Source of the DNA: Xanthomonas phage vB_Xar_IVIA-DoCa3
Sequence record: ON911540.2
Direction: 5' to 3' (one strand)
Length of the DNA stretch: 32,000 nt
A model generated the notes under the pieces. That model did no database searches and was not told the DNA's origin. It saw only the letters and a list, made by a program, of their open reading frames with translations. The position numbers were made by a program, and so were the translations under genes. Shown here in pieces: positions 31,773 through 32,000 of the stretch; positions within the stretch are counted from its first letter, which is position 1, and every line of letters begins with the position of its first letter.

Positions 31773-32000
31773 ATGGACGATTTCAGAACGCCTGGCGACG
31801 GTAGCTTCAGCCTGGGCTCGCGCATGTGGCCTGGACTGAGCAAGCTGGTCGAAGAATGTGGTGAGGTCTTGCAAATCGCCGGCAAGATCATGGGCACTGG
31901 TGGCGCGGTGCAGCATTGGGACGGCAAAGGTGATCTGGACGAGCGTATCGCTCTGGAGCTGTGCGACCTTTTCGCAGCAGCACGCGCCTTCTTCCAGCTC
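31773..32000 (+). CDS. MazG-like nucleotide pyrophosphohydrolase (3' end beyond window)
   Basis: MDDFRTPGDGSFSLGSRMWPGLSKLVEECGEVLQIAGKIMGTGGAVQHWDGKGDLDERIALELCDLFAAARAFFQL..; EExxE...ELCD arrangement; SD TTGGAG upstream. Confidence 0.7.
   Translation, partial: MDDFRTPGDGSFSLGSRMWPGLSKLVEECGEVLQIAGKIMGTGGAVQHWDGKGDLDERIALELCDLFAAARAFFQL

Noticed and set aside
1-32000. tRNA genes, integrase/attachment sites, transposons
   Set aside because: Looked for by eye; no convincing tRNA cloverleaf, integrase or transposase motif was recognised, though a tRNAscan or HMM search was not possible.

Overview
The window is a contiguous piece of a GC-rich tailed-phage (siphovirus-type) genome with three transcriptional blocks. 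(1) Bases 1-7361, + strand: distal tail/virion genes, ending at a convergent intrinsic terminator (about 7365-7388). (2) Bases about 7374-30391, - strand: a long run of tightly packed, often ATGA/TAATG-coupled genes. They encode a B-family-like DNA polymerase, a sliding-clamp-like protein, a 7-deazaguanine DNA-modification cassette, an SF2 helicase, a PD-(D/E)XK nuclease, a DksA/TraR-like protein, DUF669/SSB-like and Sak4-like RecA-fold proteins, a TopoVI-A/Spo11-like TOPRIM protein, ATP-dependent DNA ligase, ThyX, RNase H, dUTPase, primase/helicase and a small HTH protein. (3) Bases about 30473-32000, + strand: a divergent control region, two small genes, a roughly 400-nt apparently non-coding region with extensive pairing potential, and the start of a MazG-like gene. 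The strongest biological signal is a complete predicted preQ0/dG+ (2'-deoxyarchaeosine) DNA modification pathway (queE, Gat-queC, queD, a phosphoribosyltransferase-folE fusion, dpdA). It feeds directly into the clamp and DNA polymerase genes. Less explained signals are: a promoter-led structured region at 31383-31755; three neighbouring proteins sharing a C-terminal 'WRKFxGIxGR-like' domain upstream of the modification cassette; a recurrent promoter-like motif (TTGC.. N15-17 TAYANT); stable tetraloop hairpins between genes; and a stand-alone TopoVI-A-like protein. All assignments come from reading motifs by eye; no database search was run.
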